A DNA stretch of 64,000 nucleotides from Fibrobacteria bacterium (GTDB lineage: Bacteria > Fibrobacterota > Fibrobacteria > UBA11236 > JADFYW01), in the NCBI GenBank assembly GCA_050294405.1, contig JBNKOC010000014.1, positions 1-64,000 on the forward strand. Direction: 5' to 3'. Below the pieces are notes generated by a model. The model was given only the letters and a program-made list of their open reading frames with translations. It made no database searches and was not told the origin of the DNA. The stretch's first letter is position 1. Every line of letters begins with the position of its first letter. Shown here one piece after another: positions 29,218-38,089 of the stretch. A program made the translations under genes and the position numbers.

Positions 29218-30444
29218 TTAACTGTGCTTAGCCACCTCTCCGTTGACTAAATTTTTTGTTTCGATACATTCAATATCCACAGCAGCCCCCTTGCGCTCGG
29301 AGGAAACATAGGCACTGTAAATGGTGGCAATCGTATCTGCAGCCAATTGGCTGTCCGATTGAACTTCTTCCCCGTAAGCCACGCTTCGGTAAAAAGCCTC
29401 CACTTCCTGGGGGTATCCCGTAAACCAGTCTTCGTCAGGGGAAATAAAAGACCAACCTTGCTTGGTTCCTGTTTTTTCCACCACATATATATCTTTAAAA
29501 TTTTCTTCTACAGGGTTATACGTTTGCATGGCGGTATTGGGGTTTATATGACAGCGGGTGCGGTGGTTGTTGGCATTTACCTCAAGCCAATTGTGGATGC
29601 CGCCGTTAATAATATCCGAAGCAAAGATGTCGGCAATGGTGCCGTCTTCAAAGCTAATATGCATCATTGAAAAATCATCAATATCGTGGTAGTTGTTCCT
29701 GATATGTCCTTCGTCTTTAAAATTGGGAAGGCGGGTTATGGCGTGTACCCTTGAAGAAACGGATTTAGGCCGGATGGGAATTCCATCGCGGTTTATACCT
29801 TCCACCCTTTTCAGATACAAAGCTGCTGTTAGGGGGTGACAGCCCTTGCCAATCATAACCCCGCCCCCTGAATATTTCCAGTAAGCGTAAGTTTTTGCAT
29901 GGGAACCTGAGTGAGCCTCTTCTCCGTGAATCCACAGGATTTGCCCACCAGTTTTTTCCAGTATTTCCCTTTCTTTTTGAACAGAAGGAGCATAAACCCA
30001 GTTTTCTGCATAGAGAATTTTTCCCATGCTTTTTTGCTCGGCAGCAATAATACGCTTCACACTCTCCATAGCCTCTTTCAAGGCTACTTCTTTGGAGCAG
30101 CTGTCCCCATTAAACTCCTCAGTGCCATCCCCAAAATAGCCGGTGAAGGGTTTTTCCACAATTACAAACTTATCTTTTTCCAGAGCTGCTATGGTTACTT
30201 CTTCATGGGTGGAGGCAGTGGTACAAACGTGAACCAAATCCACTTCATCAATCAATTCTTCTAAACTGGAAAATGCCTTAATTCCACGCTTTTCGGCAAA
30301 CTCCTGGCATTTTTTTGGGGTAAGCGAATAAACCCCAACCACTTCCACATTGGTTCCGTAAACTTTTTTAATAGCCTCAAAATGAAACGATGCAGAAAAA
30401 CCAGATCCCACAATTCCAGACCGAATGGTTTTCTTTTCATTCAT
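29218..30444 (-). CDS. Gfo/Idh/MocA family NAD-dependent oxidoreductase
   Basis: GIVGSG Rossmann motif, VEKP, GGG.MI..GCH. Confidence 0.92.
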   Translation of the reverse strand: MNEKKTIRSGIVGSGFSASFHFEAIKKVYGTNVEVVGVYSLTPKKCQEFAEKRGIKAFSSLEELIDEVDLVHVCTTASTHEEVTIAALEKDKFVIVEKPFTGYFGDGTEEFNGDSCSKEVALKEAMESVKRIIAAEQKSMGKILYAENWVYAPSVQKEREILEKTGGQILWIHGEEAHSGSHAKTYAYWKYSGGGVMIGKGCHPLTAALYLKRVEGINRDGIPIRPKSVSSRVHAITRLPNFKDEGHIRNNYHDIDDFSMMHISFEDGTIADIFASDIINGGIHNWLEVNANNHRTRCHINPNTAMQTYNPVEENFKDIYVVEKTGTKQGWSFISPDEDWFTGYPQEVEAFYRSVAYGEEVQSDSQLAADTIATIYSAYVSSERKGAAVDIECIETKNLVNGEVAKHS

Positions 30445-30612
30445 GTGTGCACTCCTTCCTATTTACTACTAAATGTAAGGCAAATTCAAAAAATCCCAGC
30501 ATCTATAATTAACGGCCCACTAACGGTTTTTTAACCCTTTTGCGGAAATTCCAATGGCTGAAAGTGTAATTTTTTATTAATTTTAACATCCAGGTCTTCA
30601 ACCCCGTTAATT

Positions 30613-31500
30613 ATGAAACGCACCGACTACGCCATCCTACTCGACTCTCCTTTTAAGGACGAAGAAGATAAAGCTTCTTTCGAGTACATTGAAGTAATCA
30701 AAACCAAAAAAAAGCCCCAACACGCTCACCCTGAATTCGAGTTATTGCTGGTTTTAAACGGGAGCGGTCTTAGAATTATCGGTGATTCGGTGGAAGAGTT
30801 CGAAGAAGGCGATTTATGTCTGGTTGGGCCCGATCTATATCATACCTGGTTTTCCCGGGTGGTGGAAAAACCCACCATTCGAGCGCTGGTTATCCATTTT
30901 ACTCCGGAAATTTTCGGTTCCGCTCTCTTGGCTCTTCCCGAATTTCGATCCATAAAAAGAATTTTTGAAGAGTCCAAACATGGACTCTTTATTTCGGGCA
31001 AAACCAGAGACAACATCTCCACTATGATGCAAGAAATTGGCAGGCACCACCCGGTGTCCCCCAAACGTTTTACACTGCTCCTTTCTATTCTGGCCGAGCT
31101 CAGCAGTTCAAAGGATTATCGCCCTTTAGCCGACGAAGAGGGAAACCCTGTTTATCATGGCAAGCAGAATGAAGTTTTAGCCACCATCCATCGGCTTTTG
31201 CAAAACAACCTGCACAACCCTTTAAATCAAAGTTGGGTCGCCGAAAAAGTAGGGATGTCTTCAGCGGCCTTTAGTCGTTATTTCAGGCGGCACACCGGAA
31301 AAACCTACACAGATTATGTCAATGAATTACGAATCAAATGCGTGTGCCGAGCTCTGGTGGAAAGCGATGTAGATGTATCTTCCATTGCCATTGATATGGG
31401 CTTTAATAACATATCTTATTTCAATCAGATATTTAAGCGCATGAAGGGAATGACCCCTTCCGAATATCGAAAAATGCTGGCTGAACCAATTTTAGCCTAA
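30613..31500 (+). CDS. AraC family transcriptional regulator (cupin plus HTH)
   Basis: HAHPEFEL cupin; C-terminal GFNNISYFNQIFKRMKGMTPSEYR; divergent from the Gfo-transporter operon. Confidence 0.93.
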   Translation: MKRTDYAILLDSPFKDEEDKASFEYIEVIKTKKKPQHAHPEFELLLVLNGSGLRIIGDSVEEFEEGDLCLVGPDLYHTWFSRVVEKPTIRALVIHFTPEIFGSALLALPEFRSIKRIFEESKHGLFISGKTRDNISTMMQEIGRHHPVSPKRFTLLLSILAELSSSKDYRPLADEEGNPVYHGKQNEVLATIHRLLQNNLHNPLNQSWVAEKVGMSSAAFSRYFRRHTGKTYTDYVNELRIKCVCRALVESDVDVSSIAIDMGFNNISYFNQIFKRMKGMTPSEYRKMLAEPILA

Positions 31501-31517
31501 ACTTAAGCCTCAGCTCA

Positions 31518-32726
31518 CTACCAGTTAAAAAGCGTTCCGTCGGTTTTGCGGTTCACAGGAAGATAAGCCTGCTTGTAAGGATATTTTTTCGCAGCATCTT
31601 CGTTAATATCAACCCCGAGGCCCGCTTTGCTGCCTATCAAAAAATGGCCATTTTCAAAACGGTAATCTACCTCAAATACTTCGGCCACAACATCCATGTG
31701 GGGCATGTATTCCTGAATTCCAAAATTAGAAATGGCGGAATTAAAATGAATGGAGGCAGAAAGGTTTACCGGAGACAAGTCTGTAGCACCGTGAAAACCC
31801 ATATTAATATGGTACACGGAAGCCATAGCGGCAATTTTTAAAAGATGGGTAATGCCGCCCCCATGTGCAATGGGAGTTCGGATATAATCCACCAGTTGTT
31901 CGGCAATTAAAGTGGTGTAATCGTATATGGAATTAAACACTTCACCTGTGGCAATAGGAGTAACGGAATGTTGGCGAATCAGGCGAAAGCCCTCTTGCAA
32001 TTCTCCGGCTACAGGGTCTTCCAGCCAAAACAAACGCTGTGGTTCCAAATCTTTAGCCACTCTGGCAGCTTCAATGGGAGTTAAGCGATGATGTACATCG
32101 TGGAGAAGTTCCATTTCATCGCCAAATTTATCCCGTATGCTTTGAAACAATTTGGGAATAAAGCGGATGTATTTTTCCGTAGACCATAAGGACTCCTCGG
32201 GAAGCCCTCTTTGGGCTGGCTCGTAGGGCTTTTGTCCCTTGGACACTCCATAGGTGGCATCCATCCCTGGTATCCCGCTTTGAGCCCGAATAGCTAAAAA
32301 GCCGGCATCTATTTTTTCGCCGACTTTATCCAATGTTTCCGATACATCTTTACCGCTGGCGTGGGTGTACACCAAAATTTTTTCACGGGATTTGCCTCCC
32401 AGTAGGTTATACACCGGTGTATTGAGCACTTTGCCTTTAATATCCCACAAAGCCGTATCAATAGCTGCGATAGCTGTCATAGTTACAGGGCCACGGCGCC
32501 AATACCCGCCCCGATAAAAATACTGCCAAATATCCTCTATGTTAGCAGGGTCTTTTCCAATTAAACAGGGAATCAAATGTTCCTGCAAATAGGCGGCAAC
32601 GGCTAGCTCGCGACCGTTTAAAGTGGCATCTCCCAAACCATATACACCCTCATCAGTTTCAATTTTAAGAGTTACAAAATTCCGGCTGGGGGAACATACA
32701 ATAACATGGGCTGACGTGATTTTCAT
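31518..32726 (-). CDS. manD: D-mannonate dehydratase ManD/RspA (enolase superfamily)
   Basis: [47 protein letters not shown], terminal DGTLFNW. Confidence 0.93.
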   Translation of the reverse strand: MKITSAHVIVCSPSRNFVTLKIETDEGVYGLGDATLNGRELAVAAYLQEHLIPCLIGKDPANIEDIWQYFYRGGYWRRGPVTMTAIAAIDTALWDIKGKVLNTPVYNLLGGKSREKILVYTHASGKDVSETLDKVGEKIDAGFLAIRAQSGIPGMDATYGVSKGQKPYEPAQRGLPEESLWSTEKYIRFIPKLFQSIRDKFGDEMELLHDVHHRLTPIEAARVAKDLEPQRLFWLEDPVAGELQEGFRLIRQHSVTPIATGEVFNSIYDYTTLIAEQLVDYIRTPIAHGGGITHLLKIAAMASVYHINMGFHGATDLSPVNLSASIHFNSAISNFGIQEYMPHMDVVAEVFEVDYRFENGHFLIGSKAGLGVDINEDAAKKYPYKQAYLPVNRKTDGTLFNW

Positions 32727-32736
32727 ATGGAAACCT

Positions 32737-33489
32737 TTAAAAGCCAATTGAATTCCCGCCATCCACTGGCAGGCAAACTCCGGTAATGAAAGACGATGCA
32801 TCAGAAACTAAAAAATAGGCTGCTTCAGCAACATCCTCGGGAAGCCCAAGTCTTTTCATGGGGGTTCTGTCTAATACCCGTTGCAGGCGCCCTGGGTCGG
32901 CTTCAAAAGCTTTGGAAGACATAGCGGTTTTAATAAAGCCAGGGGCCAGGGAATTCACTCGAATGCCCATGGGAGAAAGTTCTACAGCAAGGGCTTTTGT
33001 CATTCCCTCTATGGCCGTTTTGGCTGCGGTATAAGCGATAACCTTGGGAATGCCATATAAAGCGGCCATGGAGCTTATCATTAGTATATTGCCCTGTTCA
33101 CGTCCGGCAAATTTTTTAGCGCATTCCCGGCTTAAGGCAAAAACACTTCGTTGGTTTGTGGTGATTACTTTTTCGTATTCTTCATCTGTAACATCCAAAA
33201 CATCTTTTTTCAAGTGGATGCCTGCATTGTTCACTAATATGTCAATAGGCCCTATTTCGCTTTCGACTTTTTCCACTAACTGGGGAAGTGTTTCCAATTG
33301 AGTTACATCGTGCGCAAAATATTTGGAGTCCGCTCCAATTTTCTGGTTAGCTTCTTTAAGAACATCTTCCCTGCGGCCAACCAGAACCGGAATTATATTT
33401 TTTTTAGCAAATAGAGTGGCGATGGCCAGGCCAAGCCCGCTTCCGCCTCCTGTAATAAGGGCTATTTTTTTCTTTATCCCATCTGACAT
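32737..33489 (-). CDS. Classical SDR oxidoreductase (gluconate 5-dehydrogenase/fructuronate reductase-like)
   Basis: [28 protein letters not shown]; directly upstream of manD. Confidence 0.9.
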   Translation of the reverse strand: MSDGIKKKIALITGGGSGLGLAIATLFAKKNIIPVLVGRREDVLKEANQKIGADSKYFAHDVTQLETLPQLVEKVESEIGPIDILVNNAGIHLKKDVLDVTDEEYEKVITTNQRSVFALSRECAKKFAGREQGNILMISSMAALYGIPKVIAYTAAKTAIEGMTKALAVELSPMGIRVNSLAPGFIKTAMSSKAFEADPGRLQRVLDRTPMKRLGLPEDVAEAAYFLVSDASSFITGVCLPVDGGNSIGF

Positions 33490-33615
33490 TGTATTTTTTT
33501 GTGAACCCAACCTTAGTGTTTATTACTCAGTTTACCCAAGTAAATATATAATCCATCAACAACTATTAAGGCTATTTTTTAACACAAAAATAGCGATATT
33601 TTAACCTATTGGGGA

Positions 33616-34590
33616 CTAATGTTGTTTGGGAAGCCCTTTAAGATTGGCAATGGATTTTCCATCCACCCGAAGTTCAAGCGAGTTGGCCTCAGGGCCCTTT
33701 TTCCAAATATTAATTTTGCCCTTTTGCAGATTTACAAAAATTCCCTCATAACCTGCAGCTAAATTTTGTTTTTGAGTTTCAAATTGAACTGGAGTTGAGG
33801 TGGAGTCCGGTTCTTCATTAAAGGCTCCAGCCCAAACCACGCCGCCTCTAATATGGGCGGTTAAGTTTCCATCGGAAAAGGTGCTCATATCATGGCCCAC
33901 CAGAGTAATAAAAGTCCGGGCTCCCTCAAAATAGCGATACCAGCTCACAGGGTGGTCCCCATCCATGCCACTGCCCGCAGGGAAACCTGTTTCATCCACA
34001 GTGGCCAATACATGCACACTGGAATCCTCTCTGGGATTAACCTGAACCGCATACCACTCGTCATTTAAATTAAAACTTTGCGGAAGATTTTCGGTGGAAG
34101 GATGTTCTGCATCTTCTACCCTGAATGGAGCCACACGCATGGGAGGATGGGATTTAAATCGGGCTCCAAACAAGTCTGCATACCAGGGCCATACGCTTTC
34201 TTCCCAGGCTCCATTTAGGGGAACAGCGCTATGGATTCCCGCAAAAGCCCCTCCATTGTGCAGGTAATCTTCAAAAGCTTGCTCTTGCTCGGAATTGAGT
34301 AACGCTCCGTTACGGTAATTGGTGTTTATAAAAACCACTACTGCAAAGCGGGATAAATTTTCCTCATTAAATTGCAGGGAATCGGTAGTGGTTTCCACTT
34401 CCATTTCATTTTGCTCAAAATCGTTTTTGAGTAAATTCACCACATCCTGTGTAGCGGTATGTATGTAGCCATTTTGCTTATGAAAAATAAGCACTCGATG
34501 GGGTGTGTTATCTGCTTCCTGAGCCCATAAACATGGAACCATCGCCGCAGCTAATAATAAGCCAAAGCATTTTTTAAAAGAAAGCCACAC
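33616..34590 (-). CDS. Secreted ThuA-like domain protein
   Basis: VLIFHK..GYIH, GGAFAGIHSA, F.SHP, DEWY, DHPVSW and GH motifs; signal peptide; GTG start overlaps the upstream TAG (TAGTG). Confidence 0.85.
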   Translation of the reverse strand: MWLSFKKCFGLLLAAAMVPCLWAQEADNTPHRVLIFHKQNGYIHTATQDVVNLLKNDFEQNEMEVETTTDSLQFNEENLSRFAVVVFINTNYRNGALLNSEQEQAFEDYLHNGGAFAGIHSAVPLNGAWEESVWPWYADLFGARFKSHPPMRVAPFRVEDAEHPSTENLPQSFNLNDEWYAVQVNPREDSSVHVLATVDETGFPAGSGMDGDHPVSWYRYFEGARTFITLVGHDMSTFSDGNLTAHIRGGVVWAGAFNEEPDSTSTPVQFETQKQNLAAGYEGIFVNLQKGKINIWKKGPEANSLELRVDGKSIANLKGLPKQH

Positions 34591-35750
34591 TAATTTTTCA
34601 CCACAGCTTTTAAGGCACCTTTCACATCGTAAATGGATTTTCTGTCTTTGTTTGCGTTTTGGCTGTCAGAAAAATTCATCACATTGTTTTCAACCCAGTG
34701 TTTCAAAGCTTTTTTACCTCTGTTGTGGGAAAAACTCTTTTTTAAGCCCGTTACCCCTGAACTGATAACCACTTCTCCCCCATCGGGAACAGCGGTAAAT
34801 TGCAGCACCGAAGCATTGTCCACCATTTTTATTTCAGAATACAATTCTTCCTCATCCTGCGCCACGTATGCCGTATCCCATCCGTCTGGCATAGGCATTC
34901 TAAAACTCAAAGGATAGTTGTATATGGAATCCGGAAGGTTATCGCTAACTTCCAGTGTTATGCTTGTTTCATCTGAAGAAGTTTCTTCCAACCTGGCTGC
35001 ATCTCTTTCTTTAATATATCGAACCACATTTCCAAATGTTTCCACCCAAAATTTGTCCCTGTTTTCATCCAGATAATTTAAATGACTTTCCAAAGAGGAA
35101 GAGGATGTATAAGCCCAACTGTGGTCGCCATCCACGCCATGATGTAAATAAACAGCCCAGCCTTTTTTATCCAGGGCGCTTTGGGCATAAGATTGCAAAT
35201 TGGTTTGAGCCCCGCCCTGTCCCACAATCAAAGAGGCTATACGGATGAAGTTATTTGGAGTCTGGCCTTCGGGACCTGAACCACATACGCGGCCTGTGTT
35301 GTAGTATCTGAGTACATCTTGTTCGTTGGGTACATTGCAATTGGGGAAAATCATGGAAATACACATTTCACCGGGAACATTTTGTTTAATGGCTTCCTGG
35401 CTCCTGCGCATTTCGTCTTCATTCACTGTTTGAGGGTGGGTCACACTGTGGCTTGCAATTTCATGCCCGTCGGCAAACGCTTCCTTTAAGGCATCCCAAC
35501 CTGGAAACATCCCCCCGCTGGTTACCGTAGCCAGAGTCAAGTTAAAATCCCTGTCGTTAAACATAGGGATGGCTTTTGAAAATTGATTGCCAGTACCATC
35601 ATCAAAAGTATGGGTTATGGCTGCATCTTTAAAATCTCCCCAAACGGCCAATTCGTAAGGGCTTTCCACCTGGGCTAAGGCAGAAGTTTGAGCTATGAAA
35701 ATAGCTGCACTAAAGGCTAAAAAGCCTTTTAATACTTTTTTTAATTCCAT
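34590..35750 (-). CDS. Secreted polysaccharide deacetylase (CE4/NodB-like)
   Basis: TFDD, HEIASHSVTH, HG motif; tail IYDVKG. Confidence 0.88.
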   Translation of the reverse strand: MELKKVLKGFLAFSAAIFIAQTSALAQVESPYELAVWGDFKDAAITHTFDDGTGNQFSKAIPMFNDRDFNLTLATVTSGGMFPGWDALKEAFADGHEIASHSVTHPQTVNEDEMRRSQEAIKQNVPGEMCISMIFPNCNVPNEQDVLRYYNTGRVCGSGPEGQTPNNFIRIASLIVGQGGAQTNLQSYAQSALDKKGWAVYLHHGVDGDHSWAYTSSSSLESHLNYLDENRDKFWVETFGNVVRYIKERDAARLEETSSDETSITLEVSDNLPDSIYNYPLSFRMPMPDGWDTAYVAQDEEELYSEIKMVDNASVLQFTAVPDGGEVVISSGVTGLKKSFSHNRGKKALKHWVENNVMNFSDSQNANKDRKSIYDVKGALKAVVKN

Positions 35751-36108
35751 TTTGGGCCTCTCCTAATGGCTCATTTTCGCAGGCAAAGCTACAAATTGCC
35801 AGTTCCCGGTTTAGAGCTAATATAACTTCCATTTTTTTTGCCCGCCATAAATCTTGGCCAATCGCCGCTAAATTTCCTTTAAAATTCTTAAAAATTACCT
35901 GAAACACACCATATTATACACTCGGTGTAAAAAAAAAATTCAGGAAAGATGTAGACGCATCAAAAACTGCTGATTTAAGAAAGTTTTTAAGTGTAATGAA
36001 CGACCCCAAAATAGCACCCGGGGTGATCTAAACCTGGGAGAAATGGAAATTTAGACATTCGAACGCCATTTCTTTTAAAGGCCACTAAAAATAAAAAAAG
36101 GAGAAACT

Positions 36109-38028
36109 GTGTTTAAAAAGCTCGGAAAAATTTTGACTCTGATAGCCTTAACAGGAGGACTGGTTCTGGCGCAGCAAACAACAAAAGACGGCATGGACGG
36201 AAACTGGGCTGTCATTAACGGAAAAAAAATTTTCCTTTCCGGAATGAACATCGCCTGGATAACTTCCAATTCCTTCGGCAATGATGTGGGAGACACTAAA
36301 ATAAACATCGCCGCTTTCACCAATCACATTAAAAACATTCGCAAAGCCGGAGGCAATGCCGTGCGCTGGTGGCTACATACCGATGCCTCCCGCTGCCCAA
36401 AAATAGACGCCACTGGTGCTGTAACCGGATTGGGCACACAAACCATATCCAATATGCGCCAGGCACTGGACACAGCTTATGCCTATGGAGTGACTGTGAG
36501 CATGTGCTTATTTTCCTTTGACATGTTGGTCCCCGGTGATGGGGATGGAAAGGCCGCCTATAGCGACTACAGTCTTGCCAACAACAAACTTTTCCTAACC
36601 GTTCCGGAAAATATCGACACTTATTTGGAAAACGCCTTAAAACCCATTTTAGATAGCGTAGGCAGCCATCCAGCGGTTATGGCTTGGGAAGTTTTTAACG
36701 AGCCCGAGGGCATGTTAGCTTCAGCTAATTGGAGTCATGTTATTGAAAAATTAACTATGAATGACATATTGCGTATTACCAATAAAATTGCCGGTTTTGT
36801 CCATCGAAATTCAAATAAAATGGCTTCCACAGGAATAGCCTCCTTCCAATACCTTCCCGAATACAGTGACGCCTCTTTAATTGCCGCCGGGGGAGATACC
36901 GATGGTTATCTTGATTTTTATATGGCCCATTATTATCCCGAATGGCAGGATGCCAGCATTTCTCCCTTTGAAAACCCGGCCAGCCACTGGAATGCGGACA
37001 GGCCTATATTAATTGGGGAGTTCCCCGCTAAGAGCTGGAGCGCCAGCACAACCGGTCCCTCCAGCGGGCAGCCGCTCAAAACCACAAAGACCATAAACGA
37101 TGCCTTTGCCTACGCTTACGATAACGGCTATGCTGGCGCTCTAAGCTGGGCTATGAGTGAACAGGAAGCCGCTTTTTTTGGAAATTACGAAACTACCGCT
37201 CCCGCCTTAACAGCCTTATATAACGCTCACCAGGCAGACATCATGATTAAAGATGTTACTATCGAAGAGATGAGCGGGGAGTATGCCATGCAGCTTCAAT
37301 TAGCTAATCTGGCTCCCCCAAGTGGCAACGATGGTTACTGGGAATTAGGTGCCAGCTTATCCCAAAATTTTACCGGCAAAACAAATCTGGTTTTTGATAT
37401 GTATGTAGCTCCCGGTAGTTCTACCAATTTGCAAATAGTTCCCGTGATAAAAGTAACCAGCGCATATACCTGGAGCCCAGCTGAAGATAAAGCCATCCAG
37501 TTGGCCGGTGTGCAACAGGGCAAATGGATAACTTACGAAATCCCCATTAGCGCTTTTGGCGCCTCCGATGTTTCCGATGTCAAAGAAATGCTTTTCCAAT
37601 ATTGGGCTCTAACCGGAAGCTATGAATCGGGAACCGTATATTTTGACAACATCAGAGTCGATACTGAAGTATTGGCGAGTTTTGATGAAGAAGGCAGTGC
37701 CTGGTTCACCGGAGCCAATGAGGCCAGTGTGTCCCTGGTAAAACGCTCCAATATTGTGGATATGGGAATTGCCAAAAAATTGAAGGCAAGCAGTCTGGAG
37801 GCTCAGGTTTTTGCCGAAGGAAAGGTTTTAAAAGTTAATGCGAAATCTCCCATTGATTTTAAAATTACCCTGTTTGATGTAAACGGAAAAAATATTTTGG
37901 AAAAAAATCATAAGGCTAAAGGAATGGGGCTTTGCTCCTTTGATTTATCAAACCTTGCCTCTGGAAATTACATTCTGGAATTGCAATCTAAAGAAGGAAT
38001 GCTGAAGAAATCCCTCCATATCCGATAA
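36109..38028 (+). CDS. Secreted GH5 glycoside hydrolase (probable beta-mannanase, GH5_10-like) plus CBM-like beta-sandwich plus T9SS-like CTD
   Basis: FLSGMNIAW, GGNAVRWWLH, acid/base WEVFNEPE, HYY, nucleophile LIGEF, YAGALSW; CBM-like VYFDNI; tail LFDVNGK...SGNYIL; AAGGAG RBS. Confidence 0.88.
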   Translation: MFKKLGKILTLIALTGGLVLAQQTTKDGMDGNWAVINGKKIFLSGMNIAWITSNSFGNDVGDTKINIAAFTNHIKNIRKAGGNAVRWWLHTDASRCPKIDATGAVTGLGTQTISNMRQALDTAYAYGVTVSMCLFSFDMLVPGDGDGKAAYSDYSLANNKLFLTVPENIDTYLENALKPILDSVGSHPAVMAWEVFNEPEGMLASANWSHVIEKLTMNDILRITNKIAGFVHRNSNKMASTGIASFQYLPEYSDASLIAAGGDTDGYLDFYMAHYYPEWQDASISPFENPASHWNADRPILIGEFPAKSWSASTTGPSSGQPLKTTKTINDAFAYAYDNGYAGALSWAMSEQEAAFFGNYETTAPALTALYNAHQADIMIKDVTIEEMSGEYAMQLQLANLAPPSGNDGYWELGASLSQNFTGKTNLVFDMYVAPGSSTNLQIVPVIKVTSAYTWSPAEDKAIQLAGVQQGKWITYEIPISAFGASDVSDVKEMLFQYWALTGSYESGTVYFDNIRVDTEVLASFDEEGSAWFTGANEASVSLVKRSNIVDMGIAKKLKASSLEAQVFAEGKVLKVNAKSPIDFKITLFDVNGKNILEKNHKAKGMGLCSFDLSNLASGNYILELQSKEGMLKKSLHIR

Positions 38029-38089
38029 TATGGAGGACTTCCATAAAATTTAGCCTCGGTTTAAAGCAATGTTATTCAGGGCGTTGCCA

